Part shown: piece after piece, positions 50,065 to 63,604 of the stretch
Position numbering within the stretch: the stretch's first letter is position 1
How the letters are laid out: the number at the start of each line of letters is the position of its first letter
From: Lama glama
Lineage: Eukaryota
DNA: 64,000 nucleotides
Assembly: GCA_028534125.1 (NCBI GenBank)
Contig: CM052832.1
Location: 33,418,001-33,482,000 of the forward strand
Reading direction: 5' to 3'
The notes under the pieces: model-generated
The model's database searches: none
Told to the model about the DNA's origin: nothing
What the model saw: the letters and a program-made list of their open reading frames with translations, nothing else
Program-made: the position numbers and the translations under genes

Positions 50065-53000
50065 CTATGTTGCATGAAGATATAAAGAGGAGTCTATAGA
50101 TGGACAAACGTGTGCAGACTTGCCAGCACCTCAGCTTTGGGAGAAGACAGGAGACAGGTTTTCTTTCCCCTCCCAACCTATTCTGCTGCCAAAAGCCAGA
50201 TGGAGATAACTTGGCCAATTGCACGTTCTGCTTGATGGAAGACGCAGCTTAGGGGATAACGTGTTTGAGAAGCCAGGCTGACAGCAAACCCCAGGACTCA
50301 GCCTGAGAGCTGGAATCAGATGCCTCTGCTCTTCAGCCCAGCCCAGGGGTGAACCTGAGGGTCCAAACCACCAGCCCACTCAGTGTGACCCTGGGCTGGA
50401 CACCTGTCACCATTAATTCTGCTACCACCTCAGTCATCTGAGCAGAATATCTAGTTCAAGCTGCTTCCTGGGTTTTTCCACATACAAAACTAAGCAGGTA
50501 TTGTGGGGTACATGGCAAATCGGGGTTTCTGCCCTGGAAAGAGGCAACGAGCCCGCTGGTCCAGCAGCCCCAGGAGCGAGGCGTGAGGGAAGCCCCGTCT
50601 GGCTTCTGACAGTGGGGAGCAAACGAAAGGCATTGAGCTCCCTGGGTGGCTAGTGTCCCACGTCCTCAGACACCCGACTGAATCCTCGAGGGCGAGTGGC
50701 CAGGGGCCAGCGGGAAGGACCTGCAGCCACAGCGGCTCAGCAGCACCCGTGGAGGACAAGTCCCAGAGATCAGGCTCGCCGTGTGGTGACGACCGGTGAG
50801 TCCCTGAAACAGCACCAGTCTGCTGACTGCGATGCAGAGCTAAGCATGTCTGGGCTCACTGCCCGCAAGGAGGCCTCCTCCATGGGTCTGAGCTGCGTCG
50901 CAGGGGGTGAAGTCGGAGGACCCTTAGAGGATCTGGGGCCTGGACTCCAGCCCCCGAAGGCCAGTCTTCAAGGCAAGGAACTGAAGGGAGCACGCTGACT
51001 CCCGGATGCTGCAGAGAACTGTGTGGCTTGTTCCCACAGCCCTTCCCGACGCCCTCCAGATGAGAGCATCATGGCCCGCCCCCCCCCGAGAAGGTCACGT
51101 CTGACCCGGCGTGCTGACGCGGCATCTCCCTGCCAGGCGGGGCTCCGGCTCTGCACCCCGGCACTGGGGCAGCCTCGCGCCCGGGGAGGCACGGGAAGCC
51201 GGCGCCTCGCTCTCCTGAGGAACGAGATCGCCGCGCCCTGCAGCGACTCTGCTCTCCCAGCTCAACCCAGCAAAACGCGGCCTAAATCAGGACAACGCCC
51301 ACCTGGAATTTCAAAGTAGGACCTGAAACTATATCTCAGTGACTTTCTTGACCCAAAAGAAAAATGCAAAGCTGGCCTTCCTTGGCTTATCTTCATGCTA
51401 ATCATGGTGGAGGAGGGTGTTTAAAACACCCGGCAGAATAATGCTGTTTTCACCCTTCTCCTCACAACTTAGACATCTCCTGAGTGACAGTGTTTGTTTA
51501 AATCATCAACTCCAGTGACCTTCCTCTCTGTATTTATTATGCTTTGGGTGAAATAATATTGTAGGAGTTCCTATTTGTTAAATCCCGTGCTGCTATAAGG
51601 TGAACCCCGGATCCACGACTGTGTTACTCATCCGCCGATGACCTTGACATCAGACATGGGTTAGCTTTCAACTCTTCCCTTTCTGAGAAAAATAAGATAA
51701 ACTTTTTTCATTTACCTTGGGAAGTGCTGGTTTCTTTGTTTTAAATATACAGCTCGGATTCATGTTTTCTTTTCAATGGAATTTTGTTTTCCTTCTGCCT
51801 CGCCTAGACTGTCCTCTCTCAAAAGCTGGTTTTGGACAAAGGCTGACACCACAGACTGGAGGGGCGTGCGATCCTCTGAACTTGACGGGGAGGGTCTCCT
51901 CAGCTCTCAGCAGCAGCAGCAGTGCAACCACCTTCATAATGACGATAACTTCATTTTTAACTGATCACAATTATACCTCTATTACTGAGTTAAGCCAAGT
52001 ACTGCCTAAAAAAATGGGGTAAGATCTGTCCTTCCTTCTTTTTAAAAAAGATTAAATTGACTTTATTCATTGTAGTGGGGGCAAACTTTATCTACGTAGC
52101 TGACACACCCATGAGAACACAGGTGTGATGTGTATTTGTAAACTACTAGCAACACTGAAGCTCGTCGAAATAAAGATGGTTCTATCTTGCCCATTAAGAC
52201 TGGCAGATAATTAGAGTAACGCTGTGTCTATTGCTTGTACCCTGTCCAGCCTGGAGGATCCCTTTGTGACTAAATGGAGTCCTCGATCTTGACACTATGA
52301 TCAGTGCTACAAACAGCAAGTGACCAAATATGTGACCTCTTAGAGCAGTTTCTCCCGTGCGCCTGGACAAGGCGGCCCGACAAGCTCTCTCTCAGGAGTT
52401 CAAGATGCAGAGAAAGAGGAAAGACACTCAGCCTGAATTTACTCATCCCCCGATGAGACCACAAATTTTGGAACAGTAAAAAAAAAAAAAAAAGTCAATA
52501 AATCTACATATTCCGAAACACCTGGCAGGTCTAAAGGAAGGAAGTGTGCTACAATTTACAGACAAGACAAGTGGCGTGGTGACGAATCACAGCCCAGTCA
52601 CACTGTGCGGGCGACTCCATTCTTCTGAAGGAGCGTGCAGAGGGAGCCAACAGCCTCACACTGGTAATCTGCAAGTGTGTCAACAAAGCTGCCCAGAAAC
52701 CAATTTGCCGAAGTTTAAACTACGATTTCAAAGTGCCCATAAGAGGAGCGGCGAGATGACGTCTTGTGCTGGCCGGCTTCTGTTTTGAATTTAATTATTT
52801 CAGCCATTCTAAGTTTAAATATCAGTTCCCAAAGAGCGGTCGGCAGGTTTTCGGGTCTTCAAGCCAGTCGCCTCCTGCACGCATCCTTGTCCCCAGCCCC
52901 TGGAGCCCCAGGCCCCACTTGCTGTGAGGGCCGGCGCCCCGGGCTGCACGTGCACAGCGTTTGTGTCTCAGACGCGGCAACACAGAAAGAGGCTCTCGCT

Positions 53001-53921
53001 CCACAAAGGGCAAAATTTTTCTCTGGGAAAACTGTCAACACAGGTAAAACCGCTGTGTGCAAAGTAAGAGAAATGGGGTCCAAGTCCTGCAATTCAGGGA
53101 GACGCTCACTGACATAAACATACTCTAAAGAAAAAAGTGGCACTTCCCAAAAGTGACCTGGGGACGCCGCCAATAGCACACCTGTGATGCTGGTCCCTCC
53201 GAGCACCAGGGCGGGAATCACACCGCCTCACACTGTTCGGCTCTTTCCGCTCTTGTGAGCGAGGGCTCGGGGCTCCAGCAGGTAACGGGTCGGGGGACGG
53301 TCAACACAGATGGGGACGGAGGACAGTCACGTGGCACCAAGCAGGGAGCTGCTGGCTAACATTTCCCGGAGGCTCCACTCCCTAAAGACGGTCTCCGACT
53401 TCTCTGTGATTGAGCAGCTGCAGAGTGTGTGGATATGTGAGAGGCAGTCCCGAGGGCCTCAGCCCACGTGCTAGGTCTCGGGGAAAGAAGCAGCAGGAGA
53501 GCAGAGCGGCCCTCCCGAAACCCACGGCCACATCCGGACGGCAGCCTCGGCTGCCGCCTACGGAGGACAGCGACAAGGGCCTGCTTTGTGCCCAGGGCTG
53601 TGTGACAGACGGGGTGCAGAAAGAAGACAGGCGACGGGAGAGGGCAAAGGCCTGGACGTGGGCTGGATGCAGGGGTGCGGGAGCCCACGCAGCGAGGGAG
53701 AGAGGGAAACACGGTCGGGAGAGTACGAGAATCGTGGGGGAGCCTGTCTGTGGGGGTCAGCCTTCCCTGACGTATATTCCCTGGACCACGGTTTAACTTC
53801 CTCTAGAAGCAGTCATCTCCTGCCCGGCGTTTCACACGCCCGTCTCTGTACTGACTTCCCCAGGAGGTCCGACAGCGCGGGGTCCTCTCCTGCTCCCCAA
53901 GACAGGCTGCTCCCCGCGGGG

Positions 53922-54050
53922 TCAGCTGTGCTGTGAGCTGGCTGGTACCAGCTCACGAGAGCAGAAGTTTGCACACAGGTTTCTAAAAACAGTCATTGTT
54001 TTAAAAACAAATTGTATACACTTATAATTAAATAAATAATATTAAAAACA
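53922..54050 (+). mobile_element. MER63 (hAT-Blackjack) fragment
   Basis: 'cagctgtgctgtgagctggctggtaccagctcacgagagc...aaaacagtcattgttttaaaaacaaattgtatacacttataattaaataaataatattaaaaaca'. Confidence 0.7.
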
Positions 54051-54059
54051 CATTATCTT

Positions 54060-54900
54060 AAATGATCTCAGTAAGCCCATCTGGTGAGTTTTTCATTTCA
54101 GTTATGTTTTTCCCCAGTTCTTGCTTTCTGTTTGTTTGAAGCGTTTTCACAATTGCTTTGGGGACATTTAAGTAACAGTTTCTCGAATATCTCTGCCATA
54201 ATTCCAACATCTGTGTCATTTCATTTGTGTCTGTTGATTGCCTTTTGCCACGGGAGTTGAGATTTTTCTAAATCTTTCTATGTCAAGTAATTTTACATGG
54301 TATCCTGGACATTTTGACTGTTATGTTGTGACTCTGGTCTGGTTAAAATATACAGAACATGTTGACGCTTGTGTTTTAGCAGACAGTCACCTGGGTAGGT
54401 TCAGGCTACAAGTGGCAACCCGCCATCTCTGTGCTTTCACAGTCAATTCAGTCTTAGAGCCTTTGCAGTGTTATTTGGATCTGCCGCCACACAGGTGCCA
54501 CACAGTGACTGGTCTGGGACCTGGATGGGTTGAGTCTGTTCTCAAGGCTGTTTATGTGCGGAGTAGAATTAGATTCATTCGTGTGCAACTTGGGGTGAGC
54601 CCAGAATTTCATGAACAACTTTACTTCCCCTAACACCTTGCTCCTGTGCCCTTGTGAGTACTTCCCAGTTTCCCGGGGCCCCCTTTTGTCCTCCGTATAG
54701 AAATCTGGGGCTCTAGTTACCTGCCTACTGAGCCCCACCCCCAAAAGCTACACCCCTACCCTGGACCAACGAGGGAACAGGAAAAGGTGGCGTCGCACTG
54801 CCCGCTCAGTGGTACTCGGCATTCTTGTCTCTCTTCCAGCCCGCCTTCCACTGCCTGCTCCACGGCCCTGCCCAGGTCCTGCCTCTCCACTCAGTGGGAG
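54060..54900 (-). mobile_element. Ancient L1M 5'/ORF1-region fragment
   Basis: T-rich text 'aagcccatctggtgagtttttcatttcagtta', 'ataattccaacatctgtgtcatttc..gtctgttgattgccttt', 'tatcctggacattttgactgttatgttgtgactctg', 'tgttttagcagacagtcacctggg'. Confidence 0.65.
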
Positions 54901-56089
54901 AGATGGGGGGGCACCCTCCACTGCATCAGGAACCACCTGCCCCCGGCCCTCTGCAAGGACCTGCCATCCAGTCCCTGTTTCTCTTCCAGAGAACCACCCT
55001 AGTTTCCTTTCATGACCCTACAAATGATCGTTCCCAGACTCCTTTTCATCTCACTCACTCGCCTCTGGATTTCCCCAAATGTGTTAGTATCTTTCTTAAA
55101 GGGGGCACCACATACGGAACTACTGCCTCCCTTGATCTGGACACCATGAACGCATGCCTGCCGCTTGATGTGTGTTCTCTTTTCCGTAACTGCACTTCAC
55201 TGTGGCTCAAACTAGGTTCTCTGGGACCCCAGGCCCTCTCTGTGTGCGCAGTGTCAGGCCTTTGCTGTATCGCTGCCGTCAGGCCTTGTCACCCAAATGC
55301 AGGACGTACAACTGTTTTTACTGTGTTTCACCTTCTTGGCTCCAATTCGTCATTCTTGTCTATTGAAGTAATTTGGGATCCTGGTACTATTATTTATCTA
55401 GTATTTTATGAGTTACCCATCCAATCCTCAGAGAGAGCGTAAAAGGAAGTTTTACTGTGTTCTGAGGAGCCTGGTAAAGTGGAGAGACTTCCAGAAGTTA
55501 GAGTCCATCTCTGCGTTCTGACTCCAGGTGGTGACGCCCTCGCCCAGCAGATCCCCCTGGCTTTCCCCGAACGTGTCTGCTCCCCAGCTGTGGGCAGATT
55601 GCGATTTCTTCCCTCTGGAGCTGCTCTGCCCCGTGTCTGCGTGGAGACACCTGTTCCCGCGTGTTGTGTGGATGCCCTCCAGCAGCTGAGCGCTCTGGCC
55701 ACCGGTCTGACTCTGCAGGAGTTTGAATTTGAGACTTTGCTATAGGACAGCTTTCCGGACACAATACAGGAAAGGGCGTTGCGTTGGTACCGAGAGGAAA
55801 GAAGAAAGGAGAAGGAGGGGGCAAAAGTGGACCCTGTGCTCCCGGGCGGCTCACCCACCCGGACAGAAGTGAGAGTGAGCGCACGCAGACACGCAGCCGA
55901 TCAGCAGTCTCCTTGGGGCAGGGGCACCGCCAGGAAGAGCGCCAGAAGCCCCACTGCCGGCGGCAGCCAGCTGGGCACAGTGGCGTCCTTTCCAGAGTAA
56001 ACACTGAGGGTCTCGAGGAGGGATAAGGATCAACAACCAGCACCCAGAAGACGAGAGCAGTGAGGACAGGAGAGCCCAGGAGAGACCTT

Positions 56090-56310
56090 CTGTGGGAAAT
56101 CTCAGGCATGTTCTGACCAGAATAACGCAGCAACCTCCGTGCCCACGGACAGCCTCGGTGATGACCAGCTCCCAGCCACGCGGTCTCCCCTGCACCCCCA
56201 CCCCACCACCTCACCCCACTCGAGTGTCCCGAGGCAAACCCCAGGCCCCAAACCGCTCCCTTCATGACACTTTCATACGCAGGGAGAGCGCACTTAAACT
56301 AGGATAAGTT
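56090..56310 (-). mobile_element. L1MC 3' UTR fragment, GC-shifted
   Basis: Reverse-complement homology to 43290-43470 ('cagcctcggtgatgaccagctcccagcca', 'gaggcaaaccccagg', 'ataag'). Confidence 0.55.
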
Positions 56311-59300
56311 CGTCACGGAGAAGGTGCCTATGAACTCCAAGGGAAAGCAAAACTGGAAAACAAGCAAAAGCAATGCCACTGAAGGGACATGTGAAGGACC
56401 GGGTGGGGCAGCGGGGAAAGGCATTCACCCCCAGGAAGTTTTCTCAGATTTTGATACGGTTTACTTTTGAAATAGACGTAAGAGTCCATCACACTCCTTT
56501 TTTCCTAATCAAAACTACAGCAGAAATCAGTCAGTTAATTGGGAAATAAGATAGATACTGGGGGGAAGAACCTATTCACCCTGTAAGGTTAAACATGAAA
56601 GAAACATACTTGAGCTGCGCTGGTCCGTGGTCGCAACACTCTTTAAATATATGGGCCGTGACCATATTTTTAAAGTTTATGTTTATTTTGCTTCGTTCCA
56701 CGAGATGCAAACCGGGACATTCAGTTATAAAACAGCATTTTATGGCTTCTGGGTAATTCCCCAGAAGAGGAAAGTAAAGTTGGTCTCCCCCCGAAAAGTG
56801 ATAAATGTTTAACGAAACATCTAGACCCGTCCCCTTAAAGGTGAGGCATGACTTCTGAGAATGTTTTTATAAGCATCTGACTTCTTCCACCTGAATTTAG
56901 CTGATGACTCAGAATCCAGGTGTGAGTGTGGAAGAAAGGAAAGAAAGCTGTGTCTCTAAAAGCAGGGTTTAGTCCCCAGGCCAGGGACCGTCCTGGCAGC
57001 TGCAAGTCCTGTCCCCAGGAAGGGTCGCAGCTCGTCGGGAAGAAACACCCCGTCAGAGCTTGTGCACAGGAGCCTGGGACGTCAGCCCCGCTCAGCCGGC
57101 CAGCTCCCGGAGAACGGGCGCGGGGACCCCGTGCGTCACACGCAGAGACGGCTCCACGCGCACACGCCACCAAGGGCCCTCTGGGCTAAAGGCAGTTTTC
57201 AACCCAACTAGCTCTGGAAAAGGAGAAAACCAACCAGAAACAAATGTATGGAACGCTGCTGGGAATAAACAAAGACTTCCAAGCGAAAGAGGAAAAATCT
57301 CGCCACGGCCCATTTGGGGTTTCACCCTAGGTCACCCTCTCTGAGAAGCCCTAGACCCGATGACCCTTCTGGAGGCCACCCTGCACCCCCATCGGGTGTG
57401 CCCGGGGCTCCGTCACCCGCGTGCGGCGGGGCTGAGCAGGACTGCGGTGGTGAGTCCCGTGTGCCAGTGTGCGCTGTGCTCAGAGGCACCCTCACTCCTG
57501 CCCCTCATTTCCTTAGGGCATATGTGCTGCCTCCTTCCTGTACCTCTGGTTCCCATGACACAAAATTCAGGAGCAGGGGGCTGCAAATCTCTCCATGTTC
57601 TGTGGGTCTGCAGGGCCACCAGGCCCTGCCCCCCCCCGAGGACCCCTCCTGCCCAAGCCCCGTCCAGGTCCTGTCCCCGATGCCCCCTTCCACCCGGGAC
57701 GGGGGACGCTGACCCCAGCTGCCGACCCAAGTGGACTTTCTCTCCCTCGGGTTTGTTTTCTCAGCTGGTGGCCCGTGCTCTGTTCCAGCACCGCCAGGGC
57801 TGGTGGAAAACGGCGCCCTCCAAAACCTAACGGTCCATCATTGTGAAGAAGTGGTTTGGAGCTAAGAAGGGCGCCCAGTGCAGCTCCGCGCCCGGCCCGC
57901 TCTGTTTCCTTGGTCGTGGAAGGGAGCGCTGTGCACACAGTTCACGTCTCACACTCCGCCTGCGGGAAGCCCGCCAGCCCGGGCCGGGGGGCTCCTCAGG
58001 CCTTTCTCCTCCTCGGTGCTTAGTCTTCCCACCACTTACGCCCCGTCTCCCTGCTTTTCACCAAACACACAGACTCTCGGCCTCCACCGTCCATACCCCG
58101 AGGGGCGGTGTGTCTCCTCCCAGACACCTGTCCTCCTGGCACTCCAGCGACCCTTCGCCTCATCCTTTCTCTCTCTGACCAAATGCCATGAGAGCTGTAT
58201 TTCAAGAGCCTGGCTCACAGCTTCTCACTGGGAGCTGAGAGGACGGAGTCCTGAGAACCCAGCTCCTTCCTGAGACGCCCTACAGCTGGGCCTTCTCCTT
58301 TCCCCTCAGCCTGTAAGTGGTTCCTGTGCCTTGTCTCCAAAGAGCCCCCGCCAGTCAGCCCCACGGTGAGAGCAGACACTCAGCCAGGCCGCTCTCTTTG
58401 ATGGGAGGGGGCAGCGTGGAGGGTGACCAGTGAGTAGAGCTGACACACCAAAGCCCTCACCGCGGCCGGGACAGAGCCCATCCACCTGCCGCAAGGCTGC
58501 TCAACCGGCAGCCCCGGCCTCAGGCCAGGCCAGGAGGAGAGGCAGAGCGTCAGCAGGGGACTCCCTTCCCGGTGGCCCTGGCCTGGCGGTGGGATGGGAG
58601 GGGGGTCCTTCGTGCATTGTATTCTCAGGGGTCAGGGCCCAGAGCAGGGAAGGCAGTGAAAAGGAAAGAGGGCCTGAAAGGACGAGAAGGGGCAACGGGA
58701 GGAGGGGGATGGCATGGCCCCCGGACTTCGGCCTGTCTCACGAGCCACCCAAACACCAGCTTCTAACCTCGAGCTGTCAAGACTCATCTCCCAGAAAACT
58801 CGGAGCCGAGAAGAAGGCGTAATCTCCTGGAAAGGGACCCGCCAGTTTCTCCGGATGTTCTGCTTTACTCTGTGGGGAGGGAAAGGCCTTGGCTGAGAGA
58901 AGCAAGCACGTCGGCCCTGGAGGAGGAAGGTCACCGGGTGCGAGCAGCTTATTCTCCTTTGGAAATATTACGTTTCAGGAGAAGGAGCCAGGAATAAGAT
59001 ATCATTCGTTAACTTTGCTAATCCACGAAGCACACGTTGGACGGCTGAGCCATCGTGTGGGGCTCTCCGCTGCGCGCCCTCCAACAAGGAAACGGGCCCC
59101 ACCGAGCCTGGGTGTGGTGCGCGCTAAGACCACATAAAGCTTTCAGCAGCTTTGTGCGACGCTGATTTTTACTTTCAGGAACAGCACATATAGAATCTGT
59201 ACAACAGGGAGAAACCGCGGCCTCCCCTCCCCTCTTCCGGAAGTGCGTTACTAGTAAATTGCTGGACAGTTCAAATGGTTTGTGGTGATTTTACCACATC

Positions 59301-59656
59301 AGCTCCAGAATACAGGAGCTGTGTCTTGTGTGTGTGGTGGGCTTTCTCCTAAGTGAAAGATCCCAGGACTGTTAGCAAGAGTGTTTGTGTCCGGCTTCTC
59401 ATTCCGCTGACAGAAAGCTGGGGCCTAGATGGGGTCAGGGCAGGCGTGAGTGCACGAGCCAGCGTGGGGACGGGGGCGGGGACAGGGGCCTGGCCGTGCG
59501 TGGACCGGGAGGGCAGGGACGAGCACGGAGTGGGAGGTCGGCCGCGGCCGCCTGGCCGCCCAGCGCTCTGTCCACTGCCGGCGACTCATCTTAGCTTGCG
59601 CTGCGGGGCAGCAGCTCTGTCTTTCCTCCAAACAGTCCTTCGATTTACAGTCTGCA

Positions 59657-59678
59657 GGGGCGGGGGCGGGGGCGGGGG
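59657..59678 (+). repeat. (GGGGGC)n run, G-quadruplex / tandem GC boxes
   Basis: ggggcgggggcgggggcggggg: four G-tracts with 1-nt loops. Confidence 0.85.
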
Positions 59679-61339
59679 TCAGAGCCCGTGCCAGGTGCCG
59701 TGGACAAGACGGTGCTGGAGATGCCGTTTCCTGGAAACCCGACCCCTCAGTAGCCTGTTCTGCGTGACTTGCAAGTGCTCCGCCCGGACCAGCCAGAACC
59801 TGCCTTTGGCGTCTTCCTTCCTCATTCCCATGACACGGGACAGGGCGGGGCAGGCAAGGACAGAGGGCGAACTGAAAATACAGGCTGAAAGGGTCCCTTT
59901 CTTTGCTTCCCGTTCCCCTGACAATGGCCCGTCTGAGGAAGTAGGTGGCTGACAGGAGAGACAGGTGACAGGTGGAGTGAATCAGAGGCTAAACCACAGT
60001 CGGGAAGGTGGGCCGGCCCCCAGGGTCACGGTGCTGCTGCCAGCCTGGAGCGCAGCACCGGCTCGGCCCGGCAGAGGCTGCCGCGGGCAGGCCACCCCTC
60101 CCTCTTCCCCCGGGGCAGGCCTAGACCGTGGGCCTTCCCTCCCCCTGCTCTCAGGGGCCAGCTCAGCGGAGCTCATGGGCCACATCAGGCCACACGGACT
60201 CTCTGAGGAGGTTTGCTGGAGAGACAGAGAGAGAACTGCCGATCACCCAGTCCTGGAACGCGAGCCTTCAGTGGCTCACCTGCGAGCACAGCCAGCGGGC
60301 AGGAGAGCAGATGGAGAGCCTGGGCGGAGGGAAGGGAGGGCCGGTCTGTGACGCCAAGGTCAGCCCTCTCAGGACATCCCCATGGCGTTAAGTCAGCAGC
60401 TGCAGTTCTGTCACCGGCCGGAAGAAAGACAGGACCCGAGATGCCGTGTTCTCTCTACACCACTGGGAGGGTGGGACGGCTGTGAAGCCACGGCGAGTCC
60501 TGCCAGAAAGGCCAGCACGTTAGGCCCAATCATGTCCCACTAAACATTAACCCAGGCGAGCTTCTTGGAGGAGGGTACACGACAGCAGTGGCCGCCGCTT
60601 TGTTCACTGCTTAGACCAAGTGTGAACCGAGTTACGGCGGAGGCGTGTGCCGGTTATGCTGGCCTCACAGACAGAGGCCATCTGCACTCGGGGGCCATTT
60701 GCTGGTTGAGGGCAAACAGAAGGAGGGGATGTGGGGCGGGGGGGCTTGGGTCTGGGGTTATTGCATCCTGAGCTGCCTGCAGGACACCAACGGTGGAGTC
60801 CAGCTGGCACGTCCGAGGACCACTCTGAGGCTGGGCATGGAGATGTGGGCTGGAGACACCAAATTTAGAGCCGACGAATGGGGCCCAAACCATGGACACA
60901 GGTGGACAAGCATGCGAGAGGGATGACCACAGGTCTTCTTCAGGTCGGCAACCTTTAGAGGCCGAGACAAGGGACAAGCGACACAGGGAACCAGAAAGGA
61001 AGGGACCAGGATGGCTGAGAGGGAGGAGGAGGACCTGTGGGGAACGCCATCTCGGACCCACGTTTCTGAAAGCAGTCAGCGAAACCAAATGCCCACAGAG
61101 GCTGAAATGCAGAGGAGCCGGCAACTGTCCCCTGGACTCAGTGATCTGGGGTGACAGTGACACGCCCCACCCCAGACGTCGGGGTGCTGCCCCCGCCTCC
61201 CTCCCAGGGAGCCTGCGTCTCTCCTAGCCCTTCCCGGAGCCTCGGCTGTCTTCTTGCTGTGCCTCCTCCAAACCTCCAGGGCAGCTCTCAGCACACTCCC
61301 AGGAAATGACTCCCCTCCACACTGTTCTCCTACAAGACT

Positions 61340-61800
61340 ATTAGCCCCGTAACTGCAGTAGAATTTGCATGTAAAGTGACAGCTCAGCCAGCACTCACAC
61401 GAGCGTGCCCCGGTGTAGCCCCAGCCAGGTCAGGACACATGCGTGTGCTCCTAGGACCCTAGGCGCCTGCCCCCGCCCCTTCCCGCTCTCCTGACACGTC
61501 ACCATAGACTCGCGCTGCCTGCTCTGAACGTAATATAAATGGAATCGCAGAGTGTGTGCCTCTGGAGACGGAGATGCATACTTCTGCTCCAACACGGGTC
61601 ACCAGGTTGTTACCCATGGCCACCATCTGTTCTGGAGGTGGAAGGGCTACACCACAGCGCCTGGACCCACATGTCTGTCACCGGACCTGTGAAATCTGGA
61701 GACCCAGATGGTGGCTGTGAAGAACAGTGAGTCATCCCCACCCCTATGGACCCAGGGCTCCCTCGCAGGGGTTCACACCCAGGAGTGCGGGGCTGGCTCT
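61340..61800 (-). mobile_element. L1M 3' end fragment, GC-shifted
   Basis: 'tcaccatagactcgcgctgcctgctctgaacgtaatataaatggaatcgcagagtgtgtgcctct' and 'cacacccaggagtgcggggctggctc'. Confidence 0.65.
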
Positions 61801-63437
61801 GTCCTTTGACCTTTTATCCTCAGCACTTCATCCTACATGTCAGGCCAACAGAGCGGATATCTAGAAAGTACAAACTGCCCTTGAAATCATAAACAATTTT
61901 TCCAACAGATCTCTTACAAGAAGTTAAATTTAATGCCATTTAATAGGGTCTTTATGGTATTAGCAACAAATATTTTTAGATCAATTTCCAAGCAAGTGTA
62001 TCAAAATTGAAAGAACAGGCCAAAAGCTCAGTTAGCAAGAGACATAAGCCCCTCTTCTTAGAGAACTCATATCCAAGCTCAAATTGCTTTTTCAAAAAAA
62101 TTATGTAATTTCAGTAAATAAGGTAAACAGCCCTTGAAATGAATGGGGCGGAATACAGAGAATTGGCTGCACCGCGGGCTCAGGAAGTAGACCGCAGTCT
62201 TGCCCGGGGAAGGGCGGGTGAGACACACGTCTGGAGGGAGGTCGGGGCCAGGGCAACTGCTTTTGCACGAGAAGTACGTCTGGGCAGAAACGGCTTCAGC
62301 AGGTGCCTCAGCAAGCACCCAGGAACAACAGGACAAGACAGAACCTCACCGGCCAAGGGCCCGAAGTTGCACTTTCCTCTGCGAATACCTGCTTTGGTTT
62401 CCACCGGTTAGAAGAAGTACATACCAGGGAGGCGTGAGAAATGGGCTTCGGTGGCCGGGAGCACCGTGCCAGCCTTGCCTCTGCCTGCCACCACCTTCTC
62501 TTCCCTTCTCCCCTGATGGGCAGAATATGACCGCACGTTTGGCCTGAGTTTGCAAGAAAAGAAGTGAAGCCTTAACTCAAAGAAAAGATGAAAGGAACTG
62601 TCAGAGGCGTGACTTCTGGTTTGGACCCAGGCCTTCGTCTTTGTCCCTTCTCACCCCACCCTCCCACCCCGGCTCACCCCTCGCCCCGAGGGTGACCCAA
62701 GTCCACATGTGCAGTCAGAGTTTTTCGGCCTTTTTCTAGGTCTCCTCCCACCCTCTTGGAACTCTTTCCAAGGAAGGGGGAATAACTCCTTGCTTACCCA
62801 GCTTAAACTATCGATACCAAAGGGTTAAACAAATAATTTAGGCAGAGGGTGATGAGGAGGGTGAGCTCAAGGCCACTGACTGTGACTGGCAGACGCTGAT
62901 AAGAAATGCAGGACCAGCTGGAAAAGGAATGAACACAAAGAGAGGGTCGGCCCTCTGCTCTGGCCCCACCCTCTGTTTCCACCGGCATTTGTTTGCTCTG
63001 TGGTCTCTCACGTTAACAATGTGTGAGGGTCTGAGTGGAAAGCAGCCTGAAAAAACAAGACTTTATGGGAGACAGTGACATTGTTTTCACTGTGGCACAG
63101 GGATTTGTGGAACTGGAGACACTGGGGGCTGTGGGTCTGGGAGTGAGGGGTCTGCTCGCCTAAGTTGGTGACACGAGCTTCCTGCAATGCTCTGTCTTGG
63201 CAGTTCAGAAATTCCAACGAGGATTTACATCTAAGGAGGCACAGGGAACCTGTGGTCACAACTCCAAGGGCAGCGTTTACACTGGGTGTCACTGGGGCGC
63301 AGATTAGGAAGGGACACTGTGACTGACTGCACTTCTGTGTCTAACATTGGCCACATTTCCTGAGATATCCAGGACACCGTCAGATGTTAAATTGGGTTCC
63401 TCACTGTCTCGGTAAGTCTACTCCAGATGTCAGGGTC

Positions 63438-63604
63438 NNNNNNNNNNNNNNNNNNNNNNNNNNNNNNNNNNNNNNNNNNNNNNNNNNNNNNNNNNNNNNN
63501 NNNNNNNNNNNNNNNNNNNNNNNNNNNNNNNNNNNNNNNNNNNNNNNNNNNNNNNNNNNNNNNNNNNNNNNNNNNNNNNNNNNNNNNNNNNNNNNNNNNN
63601 NNNN
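63438..63604. other. Assembly gap
   Basis: N run. Confidence 0.99.

Noticed and set aside
58971-59123. Minus-strand open segment ...AVQRVLRGLAKLTNDILFLAPSPE|gtaata
   Set aside because: Weak splice sites and phase (0-2) does not match the preferred E1 acceptor.
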